A stretch of DNA of 64,000 bases from Bigelowiella natans CCMP2755 (lineage: Eukaryota; Protista; Cercozoa): positions 1 through 64,000 of the forward strand of contig ADNK01000035.1 in the NCBI GenBank assembly GCA_000320545.1. The letters are read 5' to 3'. This document shows positions 25,896-40,110 of this stretch, in pieces. Under the pieces are notes generated by a model. That model was not told where the DNA came from and made no database searches. It saw only the letters and a program-made list of their open reading frames with translations. Position 1 is the first letter of the stretch, and each line of letters opens with the position of its first letter. The translations under genes were made by a program, and so were the position numbers.

Positions 25896-27733
25896 ATGGC
25901 TGTAATGATGCATGTATCAGTGTTGTGGCTGCTGGTAGTGGCATCGTTGATGATGATGATTGTATTGGTGCCATCGATGAAGGCTACAGTGATGATCGAA
26001 AATAGCAGTTTCCATAAACTCTTTTTGGCGACTTCGATATCATCTTTGCTCCCTACCTCCTCGCCTTCTGCTCGGAGGTTCGCGAGATCAGAACGCCAGT
26101 GGCGTCGTCCTCAAAACGGCCTGTCCTTCTTAATGCCGTTACCCAATGGTTAATATCTAAGTAAAACCACCATGTTTCCTCTTTGAATCGCGTTGTTTCC
26201 ATGTTTTCCCTTGAAACGAAGAGTAAGCCGATGCCACAAATTTAACACACTTGATTTGAGAATTTGACTGGCCTCATTCATGCAATCTAGCCCTTAGAAT
26301 AGTCCGCAGTCCAAAAGTACGATCATCGTTGGAGTCAGCAAATACTGCTCGGCGGCGACGGATTCTCGGATACATTGGGACTGGAACAGGTGTGGTTATC
26401 GGAGGCCCTTCTTTCTGGACGAGTAGCGCTAATGCACGTACCAAGACACCGCATCCTGAGAAGGCTGAAATAGAGAGCCTTTTTACGAGTAGTTACCAAT
26501 GGGATGACGAATCACCCGTTACTCAGGAGAACATGGAAAGGCTCGACGAAGCTGACGACGAAAGTAAGCAATCATGCGGTTTGAGTTGTCGCGAGCACAT
26601 GGTGTTGGTGCGCGTACGTACACTCCTTAGGCTCCATAGTTTTCCCTCAGTTGTTTGCGTAATAGCCCATCATTTCATTCCTCCTTTTGTATAATACGAA
26701 TGAAATCACTGTGCAGACTTTTACGACGAACCAAAGCTCGTGGAACACATAGATGAGGTATCCTGCAGCATCACTACTACTGAGATTCTTCTAAATTGAC
26801 CAATATGAATTTCGAGTACCCGCATGTGAAGACAGGGCACGCGCAATGACACGAGCTTAGTATTGCCTAAGTCAGTCCCTCTATATGTGTATGTGTATGT
26901 GGAGATTTACTACATCCATGTATCCATCCCAGGCGGCTGTGAGTGCTCTTACCAGCTTTCATGAGAAAGAGTTAAAAAATGTGGCTGCGCGAATGAGGAA
27001 ATCCTCTAAAGAGCTGAGAGTGTTAGATCTGGTATGAAGGTCGTTTTTAAGTTCAGAGTGACAGCCCTGTTAGCAATATAAAGCAACTATTCACTACTCC
27101 AATGAACTGGTGCTGTTATTCTTACAGTGCTCAAGTTGGGTTTCGCATTTGGGAGATTGGGCAAAGAAAGGTAGTGATACTGTAATAACTACAAAAAGCA
27201 GAACGTGATATTATTTAAACAAGAATGCAACTTCGGTACAACAACCAAATTAGGCTCCCCCTATGTCTTCGGAGTGGGAATGAATGAAGAGGAGTTAAAG
27301 GCAAGTTAAAAAATATCTTTTTCCCTTGATGTTTCAGTAGGATTAGGGACAATATCTTCTACGTATAAAACAATAGGCTAACATGGCGCTTGCTGACCAT
27401 ACGGTGCAGAATCTCAACACACAGACGGTGAGAAGATGAGAAGACTACAAAATAAATATGTCTTTACTATATCTTGATCTTGAAATGTGGTAACTCGTTA
27501 TCGGTTGAAAGGATACGAAATGCATTATTAACTGATTTGCCTCGCCGGACTATACGCAATGCAGGCCCTTGGATTCGAGGAAGGGGCGTTTGATTGCGTC
27601 TTATGCCAGCTCTCAATTGACTATTTGGTGATAACTTCCTTGCAACGCTTGACCACCCGAAAAAAAATCAATGGAATCAATCAATCACACACACACCCTT
27701 ACACAAACCATATAAATGTTATATGTTATATGT

Positions 27734-27777
<44 letters not shown>

Positions 27778-28406
27778 CGAGCATGCGTGTTTGCGTATGT
27801 ACATATAGGACAAATATTTTGTTTTTTGGTGCTTGTTATTGTTCAAAGGTGAATCCCACAGCTGTAATTAAAGAGGCACTCCGGACTTTATCACCTGGAG
27901 TAATACATACCTAGTTCCCAATCATGCAGCCCCCATGCGAAATTTTGTTCTACAGCTATCAACAACTTCAAGCCTAATTGAAAACCTTTAGGGAGAGCTC
28001 ATAATTACGTTCTCAAACAGGGTATTCTTCACCAAGGTAACTGAGAAGAAGTAGTGACAAATGTAAAGTAGTGTGACCTAATATTTTTTTCAAGTGAGAA
28101 GAAGCATCTCATCGAATGTAATATTACAACACTTTCTAATGTAGGCGGTAGCATTGTGGACCGGCAAAAGTGATTTGGAACATTTAGAGACTGTGGGTAA
28201 CTACATTCATTTCTCGGGAGCTCCAGCAGTAAAGGTCACCAATAATTCAAATATAGAATTGAGAAAACATTAATGAGGTAGAATCACAGAGGATACATAA
28301 ATTCTACTCTTCCTTGATATCAGAAAATTGAAGCTTTCGACATCCTCCCAAGCGCATCTCGGTCTGGAGGAGATCCTCTGTATGCAGTGATCGCAGAAAA
28401 ATCATA
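25896..28406 (+). CDS. SAM-dependent methyltransferase type 11 (cyanobacterial/plastid-type), multi-exon with bipartite leader
   Basis: RLDEADDE|NFYDEPKLVEHIDE, VLDL|CSSWVSHL, GVGMNEEELK|AN, FDCVLCQLSIDYL, TFSNRVFFTK|AVALW and GDPLYAVIAEKS*. It has a hydrophobic N-terminus and one GC-AG intron at 27301. Confidence 0.9.
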
Positions 28407-28429
28407 AACGTGGCATATGTTCACGAACT

Positions 28430-28644
28430 GAGCAATCCCACAGAACAGTGAGAGCAGAGGGAGAGGAGATGGTACAGCACATGTGCACGCACGAACGAAC
28501 ACATGAATACCATGGAACGAACAAGTGCCAAGTTCTAGAGTTGGGTACCATCATGACAGTTTAGACGCTGTGTTTAGATGTCCTAGATCGCGCCCCAGCA
28601 AATGCACAGCGCATCCTCAATCTGATTGCTCAAAGTCGAGTTGC

Positions 28645-28680
<36 letters not shown>

Positions 28681-30100
28681 TTTGTGCATGTCAATGTGTG
28701 CACGACTGTCACGCGTACATGCTGCGCGCTTGCATCTGACATGCTTGCTGCATGCCACACGCAGGGCATCGGCAAAAGCATGGACCCGAATCTAGCTTTG
28801 GACTCACTGCATGCATTTGCAACCATGACACTAGCTGCATGGACTGGACAAAAAGCACATGCAGATCGATGTGGATCCACAGTGCATGTTGATGTGCACT
28901 GCTGCACACATTGATTGTGATGCATTCGTCATGCTTGTGCCGCACATCGCAAAAAGATGGACGTGCGTTGCAGGACTCAAGAATGAACAACTCCACATCG
29001 CATCCATGCCAGTTGGCCATGGACATGCAGTGCGGTGCCGCGCTAGCGAATGCCAGCATGTGTGCGCACGGCATCGATCCACGCGGGCCATTTTGGATCC
29101 TCATGGAGTCCAGCTAGTGGCTGGCGCCAACGCAGTGTGTGTCATCCATGCGTGAGTGCACGCTGCTGCACTTGCGGAACAAAATCACTGCGATCGTCAC
29201 AACCATTCATTGATTCGCAGCACGTGGAGGCATGTCCAGATGTGTCCTGCGCGAACAAACTTTGAAGTGAACTTCACAGCATCATTGCACGATCAATTTG
29301 CAATTGCCCATCTCTGCGCCGCGCTTGCGCCCGCAACACGTCGTGCAACATTGGAACAATCAACGGAAAAAATGACCTTTTGATGAACACCATTGAACAT
29401 CAAAAAATGCACCAGCTAGCCAGTCCAGCAGTGTCAATCCCCATTGACACCCAGGATGCAGGATCATCCAAAATCACCGGCGCCGTCGCCGGTGTCCCAA
29501 TTCCTGCCCAGTCTCAACAATTGCGAATGCCAGAACTCCGTCTGAAACATCACCCCACTGGGCAACACCAACTGACGCTGTCTTGCCCCACCCCACCTCG
29601 CACCGACACCTCCTCAGGGTCGTTGCTGTCCTTCGTCCTCTTCGCATCTCTGCCTCCGCTTCCTTTCAGTCTGCCGCCATTTTCTGCCAATGCGGAGGAA
29701 TGCTTGTTCCCCAACTGCAATCCCCTCCGTTCAATTGCCTCTCTGTTGCTCTCCCAACAAAGTCAACACCCTGTCGTGTCAACTGCCAACTTGCTGCCCC
29801 CTGTCGCAGCATCCCTTGTTGACCACATTGCTGCCGGTTGTCGCAGCACCCCTTGTCAACTGACTTGCTGCCGGTTGTCGCAGCAACACCCATTAGCACT
29901 CAACCACCAGGCGCCAATGCGCGCCGCTTCATGTGCAACCACACAATTAGCAACCAATGCCACGCTCTTCGTCGTTTGAAGATTTCCAAGACGACATTTT
30001 GGGTTCAACATGGAGTGGTAACAATGATCAATGCAAATGCACTTGCAAATGCATGACATTGAAGAACAACATCTACCCAAACAAATGAATTTCTTCGAAT
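28430..30100. other. TpA-depleted tract between convergent genes (possibly a decayed gene or repeat)
   Basis: Between 28720 and 30010 I see only 7 TA dinucleotides, all as CTAG or TTAG. There are short internal duplications (TTGCTGCCGGTTGTCGCAGCA at ~29828 and ~29865). Confidence 0.88.
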
Positions 30101-30105
30101 GATGA

Positions 30106-33100
30106 TCATGCAAGACTTCCAATGTAGGAGATAACACGCTGACCTACTGACATTTTCTTCGCCTCTCCTTTTGTCATTTTCTTCGCTGTGTGCACTGCTT
30201 CCCGGTAGACACTTCTCAAGATCATTCTCATTGCATGCATAAAAAATATCAGATTAATGACAAACACTACAAGGCTTGCCAATAATTTTACATCGTCATC
30301 GGAAAAATATAGAAAACTGCCGAAAAAGAAAGTAAAAAAAGAAGTAAATAGGCTCCAATACTCCAAACTGTTGCATTCTTCCAACTCAAATGGTCGAAGA
30401 CGCTGCTGGATTACAATGCAGAGAACAATGAGAAGAATTGCAAGCTGAGTCTGGGCTTGGTTGTTGACAACGAAAACCGATATTGCGACGATGAGAACTT
30501 TTCTTAGAAGAACTAGAATTTCGAAGAAGAAAAAATCATGCTTGTAACCATCGTAGAGCATATGTAGATGCATGGATCGGCGCCGATTTATGTATGCTTT
30601 CTCATAGGATATGCTTCTCATACTTGTCCATGCATTTGGAAGGTCGGATTTGAAATGATAAAGAATGTTAATCAAGAAAAGAGGGAACCCTATCACATAC
30701 ACTGCCAGCATGGGGACACCAAGTCCTATTGACCAACTGAGGTGCGGCGACTGGAAACATCTTTGACTCATTTCTGGTAAAAACCTGTAAGAGTCGTTAC
30801 TTGATGTAAGCGACTCGCAGTTAAAGAGGTTGAACGCCTGCTCCACCAATGTTGGATAGAGCATAAAAGTAAACGAGAGATTCGATGCGTTGTATATGGT
30901 GCGTAATTTCTTTCTTTTCAAAATTGAAATTCGCTTTCTATCAACAACAATACTCTGTCTACGGCTTGGTTCTAGTTCAGACGATACGACTTGGGGATCG
31001 ATCCCAGAGAGCTCCGTCCGTTTGTTCGTGTCGCTTAGGTTGTTACTAGCATCCACAATTTCTTGCGACTTTTTCGTTTCAATTTTAGTAGTTTGCATTA
31101 AGCTAGATGCCTTTGCTTCATCTGACTTTACTGTTTCAATGCTATTTCTCTGACTCATTTCTTTTGCAGCGCTCTTTCTGGCTTCCAACAGGTGGTGGAG
31201 GGAATTGGGGTTGGGCTGATAACGTGATTGCGTGATACTGTTTCGGCTCATTATCGAGCCCATATCCGATTTATTCTCCTCTTCTTTCTTTTCCTGAATC
31301 TTCGAAGGTGCTATCACATTAGGGTGAGCGACGTTCCTTCGACATATGAATATGGAAAGGGTTATGAGCGATAAGAAGGGGATAACAAAAGGAAGGAGAG
31401 CAATTATGAGCGCGTTGATATAGTACGATGGAACGGAAGTTTCGGAAGGGAGTGCACAATCTATGTTCATCAAATTGTTCAGAGAGGCGGATATCAGGGC
31501 CTCAGCTTCTAAAAAGCCACGCACAAACCCAGGCCACGCATAGTTGAATAAAGAGGCAACCGTGTTGAATTGCAAAAAGTTTAAGAGAATCTTCATAAGA
31601 ATTGAGGCGTCAGTGTCGAGACGACCCACTTCACCCTTTTCATGTGCCCTTGCAATCTTTTCAGCGTCTGAAATATTAACGTAAGTAATGATGAACGCAA
31701 TTATAAATATTAGAATCCAGGTGCCAACGATTCTAAATATGACGAGTCCGGTGCCGCCTGAACACTGTGAGCAATCATACGTATCCACTCGCTGATAATC
31801 ATCCTGGCATTCGGTACATAACACACCTTTGTACCCATCTCTGCAGTTATCACCATCTCGTTCCCCACCAGAACATGCTTCGTTCCTACATTCCACAAAT
31901 TTCAGTGTATTCTGACTTTCCCACGGACTAAACCAGTAGCCTTCGTCGACGTTCACCTCATTCACCGTTGTGTTGAGACCATCACAAACTCCACCCTCCG
32001 GGCAATCTATGCAATCCACAGGCTGTCTATTGTCGTCAAAATTTTCCGGAATTGCATAAAAGTCGTTGAGACATTGGCATTGGTTTGTTCCTAGAGAAAC
32101 AGCATTAGTTGCGCACCTTACACAAGTTACTGAGAACCTATCAGGGACTTCATTCTGATCACAGAGCTCACATTTGCTGCTACCTTCACCACCCGTTATA
32201 CCTCCCACGCACTCAGTACAAATTGCAGCACCTTGTGCCACCCCAAATCTCCCTGCTGCGCAAGGAATACAAACAGTAGATGTGTTCGGTGGGAAGGGTT
32301 GGTATTGACCAACTCCACAATCTAAGCAGCCTGGCCCATTCGGATCGATGATCTGTCCCACTCGACATGGGATAACCTCAAGTGTCGAGTCTGTCGTCTC
32401 CCGCTCAACTACTCTTTTAACACCTTCCTCAAAAAAAAATTCCGATCGCGCTCGGACACGATAAGCATATGTAGAGTTCCGGCGTCCTCTAAATATTGTG
32501 TTTGGCTGAGATGTCACGCTACTTGGACAAGCGCGACCAAAGCAAGCGCGACCATCGTATGTAACCACGGACCCTAATTCAAACGTCCCTTCCACATTAT
32601 TTATTGCTTCAGCCAATAATGTCAATTCCACCTCTCCTATCACGTATTCACCGAAGAAATCAGTGATGTTTACAAATATCTGGTCATCAATAAAACTGTT
32701 TGATTCGAGCTCGAGATCTTGTCCTGACCATGATAAGCTGTGGGGTGCACTAGCGATATCCTTTCCATGCAAAGCAGTATTATTCCGAAATTCGACAAAT
32801 CCGTCTCCAACACCGAGAGGTAAAACTCCACCCTCTAAAAATATGAGTGGTACAGAGAAAACAGGCCTTGAGTCCACAGAATCAAAGTAGATGGCTCCTC
32901 CTGCCTCGGCAGAATTTGCTACAAAGGTGCTGCCCTTGCCAATTGTCAGATTTACTTCCGGGTTAGTGTTGATGAAAATTAAAGCGCCGCCTTTGTCAGA
33001 ATTTCCTGTCTGGCTGGATGGGTTCACGACTGCATTCTCAGTGAAAACACTGTCAGTCATTGAAAGTGATGTAGCTTTATCTAGTGCAATGGCTCCACCT

Positions 33101-36100
33101 TGGAGGCCAGCAGAATTTTTGGTCAAGGTTGAACGTGAAATATTCAACGAAGAGAGATAGACGCTAATTGCTCCCCCTTTGAGATCCGCCGTGTTTTCCA
33201 AAAACTCGCAGCTAAAGATTCCAATATGTGAAACTCCCTCAGCACGAATCGCACCACCTAGCCCAGGTGCTGAATTTTCGGAAAAATTACTACCAGTGAT
33301 GTAGACAGTAGAGTTAACAATTTCTATTGCACCACCGTTTCCTGTCTCAACAGAATTTGAAGAGAAAACGGATTCTGTGATCATCACGGGAACTTCACTA
33401 TTAATGCAAAGGACAGCACCACCAACATCAGCGATGTTGTTTCGGAAATTGAGTTGTATATTTTGAGGGCACTGAATTCAGTCGTAAAGATAGATTTGCC
33501 AGCATTTTGTTGCATTGTAGAGTTAGCAACGAACGCTGAAGATGATTCTCGAAGTAAAATTATCGCGCCTGTGGCTGTGCTTCTCAATGTGTTTGCCTTA
33601 AAGAAGGCCCTAGAAGAAATCAAACTCGAATTCCCGCTCAGATCAATAGCATTGGATTCACATGAACAGTTGGTGATATTTGAGTTTATAAGCATCACTT
33701 TTGAGTAATCAAACTGCTGAATGAGACCAACATCAGCATCGGCTGTTAAGCTGTCTACGTAAGAAGAAGTGATGTTAAATGATGCAGAGTCACTCAACAA
33801 GGCCAAAGCAATGTTCTCTGTGGCTTTAGCATTCAAGACTCTTGAACCAATGAGAGCAAGTTTTGCGTTCTGTACTAGTGTTGCAAATGAAGCACTCTCG
33901 GCAGTGAATTCAGAGAAAGAACACCCAGTGGCTTTGACTTTGGAAGTAATCATGGCACTGAAAATTGCCGCTGTCTTTGTATTGACATCGCGAACATTAG
34001 CTCTATCCATAAAGATATTCCCTCCAAACACAAAAGCAAAACCTCCTGATACAGCGCTGATAGAATAAAACTGAGATTCAAATATCTCTATAAATGCTCC
34101 TGAACGGACATAAAATACACCACCATCAGCCAAGACCCTAACATTGGAAACATTTGAGCCGAAGATTTCCAGAACAGAATTTGATTCACTAACTGCCACG
34201 CCTCCAAATCCTTGTGCATGTATATTATTGACGGTAACCCCCGATAAGATCCCATAAGAATTTATGGAGAGGTGTAGCAGTCCGGCATCAACAGTTTCTA
34301 TATCACCGACGACGGTATCGTTCAAGTGTAATACGGTTGAGTCGTCGGCAAAAAAAGAACCATCACGAGTATTGATATCAGAAATTCTTGAATTTACAAC
34401 TGTAACGACCGTGTTGCGATCACAGTAGACGACACCCCCAAAATCAGACGCTAATTCTTTGAAAAGGGACCCATTTATAGATACTACTCCAGTGGATGAA
34501 CCACGTGTGAGGGCTTTTGTGATCCAAATACACCCTCCTTTCGATTTTGAATTAGACCCAACGAAATACGATGAAAATATCCTAGCTCCAGCGGTTACAA
34601 TATCGCCTCCATTCTCTCTTCCTACGTTGCTCTGGAACCTACATCCCCTTATGTCAAGCTCCAAAGCAAATAGAGCTCCTCCCATATCTGCAATATTTTC
34701 CTTGAAGATACAGTTGGTTAGTCTAACTGCACCGGAGGATGATATAGCACCTCCTCTTGATGAAACCACCGAATCGCCAACAAGAGCCCGGTAATCCTCA
34801 CTGCTATCTGTGATGGCCATATTTTTTGTGAAGTTGCATGCGTTAGCCTCAAAAATCCCATTCCTTGAGTTGCTCTGAATTGCTCCAGACGATAGTCCGG
34901 AATTGTTACTGAATGTCATCCCTTGTAATATAATAAATTGTCTATTCGATGGAGAACTTGCAAGAGTTGATTGTAATGTGATAGTCGGAGAAATCGAGCC
35001 TGTAATTTGCGAATTTATCATGTAACCTGTCCCTATGTTGTCCGATAATGTAAGCACTGGCAACTTGATTTCTTGGAAATAAGAATTGATCATGCGAATA
35101 GAATACTTTTCGGATTGAAGTGACGCAAACCCACATTCACTAGAAATGACGCGAACGTTTTGAACCCGAAGGAAACCGTCTACAACTTGATCCGGTATGA
35201 CTAGAAGAGATGATGCTGATGAACTCCCCAGTTCAATTACTCGTGTTATTCCACTAACAGATACGGTTGACATAGATACATTGGAGAGCCTACAGGAAAC
35301 CTGAATCAATCCTGGACCCACTCTGGTGTCCATAACTATTACGTCCGACATTACTATGTGACAACTTGTAAGTGCGGTTCTCGGAATCCAAACAGCAACT
35401 AAGCCACTTGAGGAGCTACTGCTTGCTGTAGAAGCTCCTTCAACGAAGTACAGCTGCGCGTTGTTGACGAAGACATGTGATAGGGAGATCTTTGGTCCAA
35501 TGTATTCGTTAAGAGATTGTGTTGTCGGGACTATGGCCATTCGCAACACACCAAAATTAGAATCGGTAATTTGAATATTCTCTATGCCAACAGAAGACAA
35601 TAAATTGTCTTCTACCAATATCGCTGCTTGGTAGGTTAAACGACTAGAACGCACATTATTTATAGTCAATCCATTGACAGTGATTGTGTTCGAAGACCCT
35701 TGAACCATATATCCCGGAAGATAAAAGACACCCGCTTCCAGGATTGACCCCTCCAACACTAGATTGGAGATTTCGAGAGGGGTACCAACAGTTTTCAGTG
35801 TCATAGCAGCCCTCCTTACATTCGCTCCTATGACTAAAAGATTCACAAAATATCTTGTATCCATAACTGTAAGATTGGCGAACTGCCCTTCAAATGCAGC
35901 AACCCCAGACACAACAGGAACTGTTCATAGTAATAAAAGATGGACAATGGTTTATAAATTATGCTCATGGTATATAAAGCAACAGAGGAACTAAGGGGAA
36001 TTTATATTAGTAACAGTACCTTGATCACCATCTTCTTCTGTAAATGACCGCACAATACCAGCAGAACTAACTGTAGGACTACCAGTTGGACGGAGCGGCT

Positions 36101-39100
36101 GTTTCTCATATGTGGGACTACCCGTGGGAGCACGTGTTTCCAGTGTGGGGTAGAAGAATGGATCCCCAGGTGTAGACTCGGAGATGTGTATATTTTTAAT
36201 AAATACTTCGTCCTTGCCCGATAAGGAAGAGTTAACATATAACAAAGAAGCGATGTGGTAGAATCGAGCCTGACGAACTCGCAGAGCCTCGAATTTTATT
36301 TTTGAGGGAAGGATGCCACCATTGAGATTGATGTCAACGAACGCAAACGAATGATATCTAAAACTACCATCTGGATTTACGCAGTAGTTTGACTTATCAA
36401 AGCATGCTGAGGAACAGTTGCAGTTATTCACTGGGACTTTCAAGTTTATAGGTCCAAATTGTTCTGCGCCATAAACTAGGTCTACAGTCTGCTCGGAAGG
36501 GTTACCTATAAACTCAAAATCAAGGCCATCGCCTTCGAGCTTGAACCCACCTTCCATTACACGATGATTTTCAAAGTTTGAATTGACGACGCGAATTTTC
36601 ATGCCACTCCCAATGCCTCTTACGAAATAGCGCGCGACTGGGCGACCTTGAATGTTAGAAGTGACCTGAATGTTCTCGAGAGTTAGTGAGGCTCCATCAC
36701 CAATTAGACGTATACCATAGAAGAAATTCAACATACGTGCATTTCGAATCACAAGATTGTCCAACTTTAAATCTAGGCAATTAAAATCTCTCTGCTGATT
36801 TCCCAAACTAAAATCTAACGTGAGACCCTCTATTATCAATCCGAATCCGGGCTGTAGCTCTGCAGGTACTCTATTATAAGCTACCCAGGGATATGTAGCA
36901 TTCTGGTCGACTACGTCTTGAAAACATGTGAGAACGACGCTTGCAGGGCCCCGAACAGTATTCATAGCTGTATCGTGAAGGGGAACATTGCGACCAAACG
37001 AAGGATCTGACGGCAAATAATCAAATGGGCCGCCCAACTGGTATGGCAGCAATGCCTCTGTAAGCTCGTGCACAACAATTGATGCCGATGGAGTTCCAGT
37101 AGGTGGGGGGGATGGTGCCACAGTGGAATCAGATGAAGCTAGAAAACTCCAACCTAGACCATTTCGACTTGAATCAGTGGAGAATATCATCGTGAATCCT
37201 CCAGATTGGGAAATAATATCGGATGGCAAGACATCTCCAGTCAAAACAAAATCCGCATCCATGATGGGAAAACTGTTGAATAACCCGTCTCGAACATATA
37301 GAAAATCGTAACCCCATTCGAGGTCAAAAATACTGAAAGATACCTAAAATAGTAATGAGACCAACAATGAAAACATATCGGGGAAACCCATGAAACCACA
37401 TAGTTAAAGATAAACAGACCTTAGAGGAAGATACTTGAAAGTAGCAAAAAACATTGTCAAAGTACAAAGCACCAGAAGTTTTATAGATCTGGGAGCTTGT
37501 ATTGAAATTAACTGACATATTAGTGCAAATTGAAGCCAAGTGCGTGGGAGAGGTAGTTGGCGATGAAGTTGGTACTGCCTCATCGACTGTTGCATTTATT
37601 GATATACGGGAGATGAATTCACCATCGGATTGTATCGAAAATTCACTGAACGGAAATGCATTTTGAGCTGAAAGGAACTTAGTTACTTTCAATGGTAACC
37701 CACAGAATTCAGCCTCTAAATCTGACAATCGAGTGTATACGTTTGTAATACTTGTCTCTGAGCCACGATAGCCTAAAACTCCTATGTGATCTCCTTTATT
37801 GATACGAACGTTTACAGGGAGTGCGATTTCACCAGACTGTTCCCCAGCACTTTGCCACAGAATTTCCACTTCTCGTGTGATATCAGTTGTTTCCTGAAAC
37901 GGAACACTTGAGCGAACAAGCATTCCATATTGATTTTCCTTGAATGATCCATGTACAAAAAGAGTTGTGATAATAACTTGACATGGGGATTGAAAGGCAT
38001 AGCCACGGGGTCTACCAAAGAAGGATCCAGTAGGGAGACCCATAGAGATATTAGCTGGCGAACGTTGTTTTTCCCTGCAGAGTTGGCTGGACTGATTGTA
38101 CAAGACTGGATTCTGGCTGAAACATTCTTCAGTTGCAGAGCACAACAAAGTTTCGTTGAAACAATTTATCTTCCCATTAAAACCAGGGTCATCACATACA
38201 CATCCTGTGGTCACTGACCCAACCACTGCCCAGTTCCGATCGTTCGTTTTACATGGCACGCTGGACTCATCCACAGTTCCATCCCACATTGCCCCAATGT
38301 AATATTTCCCATTAAAACTGGGATTCAAACCAGAAAAGTCAGGATCGTTCCTATGAGAAAAGAAACGACCATATTCTCCTGGTGGCATTACAAATCTAGT
38401 TAATCCTACCAAATTGTCGTCTGCACTCGAAATGACAGTGTCTTTGCTTATGTACCACTTAATCGTAAGGTTGGCAGACGCTGTTCCTACTGCCGTGAAA
38501 CTGATGTATGGAAAATATTCCTGACCCTCCTCTACAACAAAGACATCGTTCTGCCCGATTAACGCTGTATTATCACTCAGTGATATCCCAGCAAGAACGT
38601 ACTGGGTGTTGTCAAAATCGTTACCAAAATCGAACTGATATGGAACTATTTGACAGTAGTCAGCTGGAGGTGGAGCCCATGGCCCCTCAATGTTGGCCGT
38701 TGCCGCATTAACTTCTGCTTGAAATGCTGGTGTAATCCGGGTAAAATATTGAACACATCCTGTTTCCCCCGGCTGCCCTCCGCTCCATACTCCAACAACT
38801 TTAATATTTCCACTCTGAGATACAAAAACTGGACCCCCGTCCATTCCAGGGAACATCCACGCATTTTGAGTAATCAACAAGTTCTCAGACGAATTCGGAT
38901 GGGATAAGGCTATGACATTTAACCCAAACAATGGATTTTGGAACTGAGTTGGGCTTCTCTGGGAGATACTAACATTGTTTCCAGGATATCCGAAGGTTAG
39001 ATAAGAAGGAAAATCTTCGAAACTCATCTCCCAGGAACTTAGTAAGCTACCACCCACTCTTCGATCTATTTTACATACTTGAATGTCAATACTTGGGTCT

Positions 39101-40110
39101 CCTGGAACAGAGGCATTTTGGTTACAAACAGTACTAGAATCATAGGAACTGTCATAAACACAAGTCCCAGTAAGAAATGCTGAACCATAAAGTGCATACT
39201 CAAGTTGTCTGCCAAAATTCCCCACTTCACCCTCTGGGATGTAGTAATAACCACATGCAATTCTTACTGTGTGTGCTTCGCCTGAATAAGGAAACCAGTA
39301 TTATGAGTCAAAACATTCTTGCATAAAACAAAATGTATCAGAAAATTAATCCATCAACCTTGGCAAGGATCATATGTACAATGTCGTGCAGTAAGGAAAT
39401 GATAGTCTCCCACTAATGAACCGGAGCACTGTCTTGGCCGTGGGATTCCATCGAAGTAAGCTAATACACGACAGCCAGGTCTAAAGAGACTTTCTTGTGA
39501 AAAAAAGGCCTCGAACGCACTCATGGTTAAGCTTGGAAATTGGCTTCTGGGAATGCTTAAATTATTGTACGAGGCACAATTATTGTTGGTATTGCCTTCT
39601 ATGGCACCATTGGAAGAAGAAAAGGGTTCAGCGTTGATATTTTCTTGGGAAAAGGAATCGAATGCTGCCGTTTCTCCATTTTCATCTTCCATCTGCAAGT
39701 GGACTGTGGATTGTGCTTCATACTGCAGGTTTATTTTTTGAATTGGAACATAATGATCACGCAATCGATCGTGGATTTTGCGAGTTCCTATCTGCATTCT
39801 TCCAGGAAATAGAACACCGAAAGATGCATCATTTTCTTCCGGAAATAGCATATAGGCTGCATTTTTTTGAGGTGGAGACGATATCTCTCCAAACAAGTCT
39901 GTAGCCACGGATATTGCCATCTATCCCATAATAAAGGAATGTGATAAGAGATAAATTCATGTAATACTAGTCATATTTGAAATAAGGTAAATTTAGATAA
40001 CATCACATAATATGAACAAAGAATGCCGAAATTATCTACACCATAACAGTGACGGCCGTTCCACAAATGAATGCATTTATTCTTGTGCAAGATTTTCTTC
40101 CCGCAGCCAT
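30106..40110 (-). CDS. Very large surface/receptor-like protein: signal peptide, trypsin-like (pseudo)protease, Ig-like, CUB, beta-helix (GGAI) repeats, Cys-rich region, multi-TM C-terminus; apparent frameshift near 33450
   Basis: CSGSLVGDYHFLTARHC...PGMDGGPV; CUB FDLEWGYDFLYVRDG..FSTDSSRNGLGW; many FxxNxAxxxGGAI repeats; CxxC repeats; TM block KILLNFLQ...FFFEILVLLRKVLIV...RPF. Covers ORFs 39354-39920, 37324-39225, 35991-37262, 33384-35912 and 30106-33387. Confidence 0.85.

Noticed and set aside
28525-29979. Numerous Cys/His/Ala-rich ORFs on both strands (also at 2337-3468, 60597-61014 and 63222-63990)
   Set aside because: Loss of TpA removes TAA/TAG stops and turns Tyr codons into His/Cys, producing spurious open frames. 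I recognise no domains in them.
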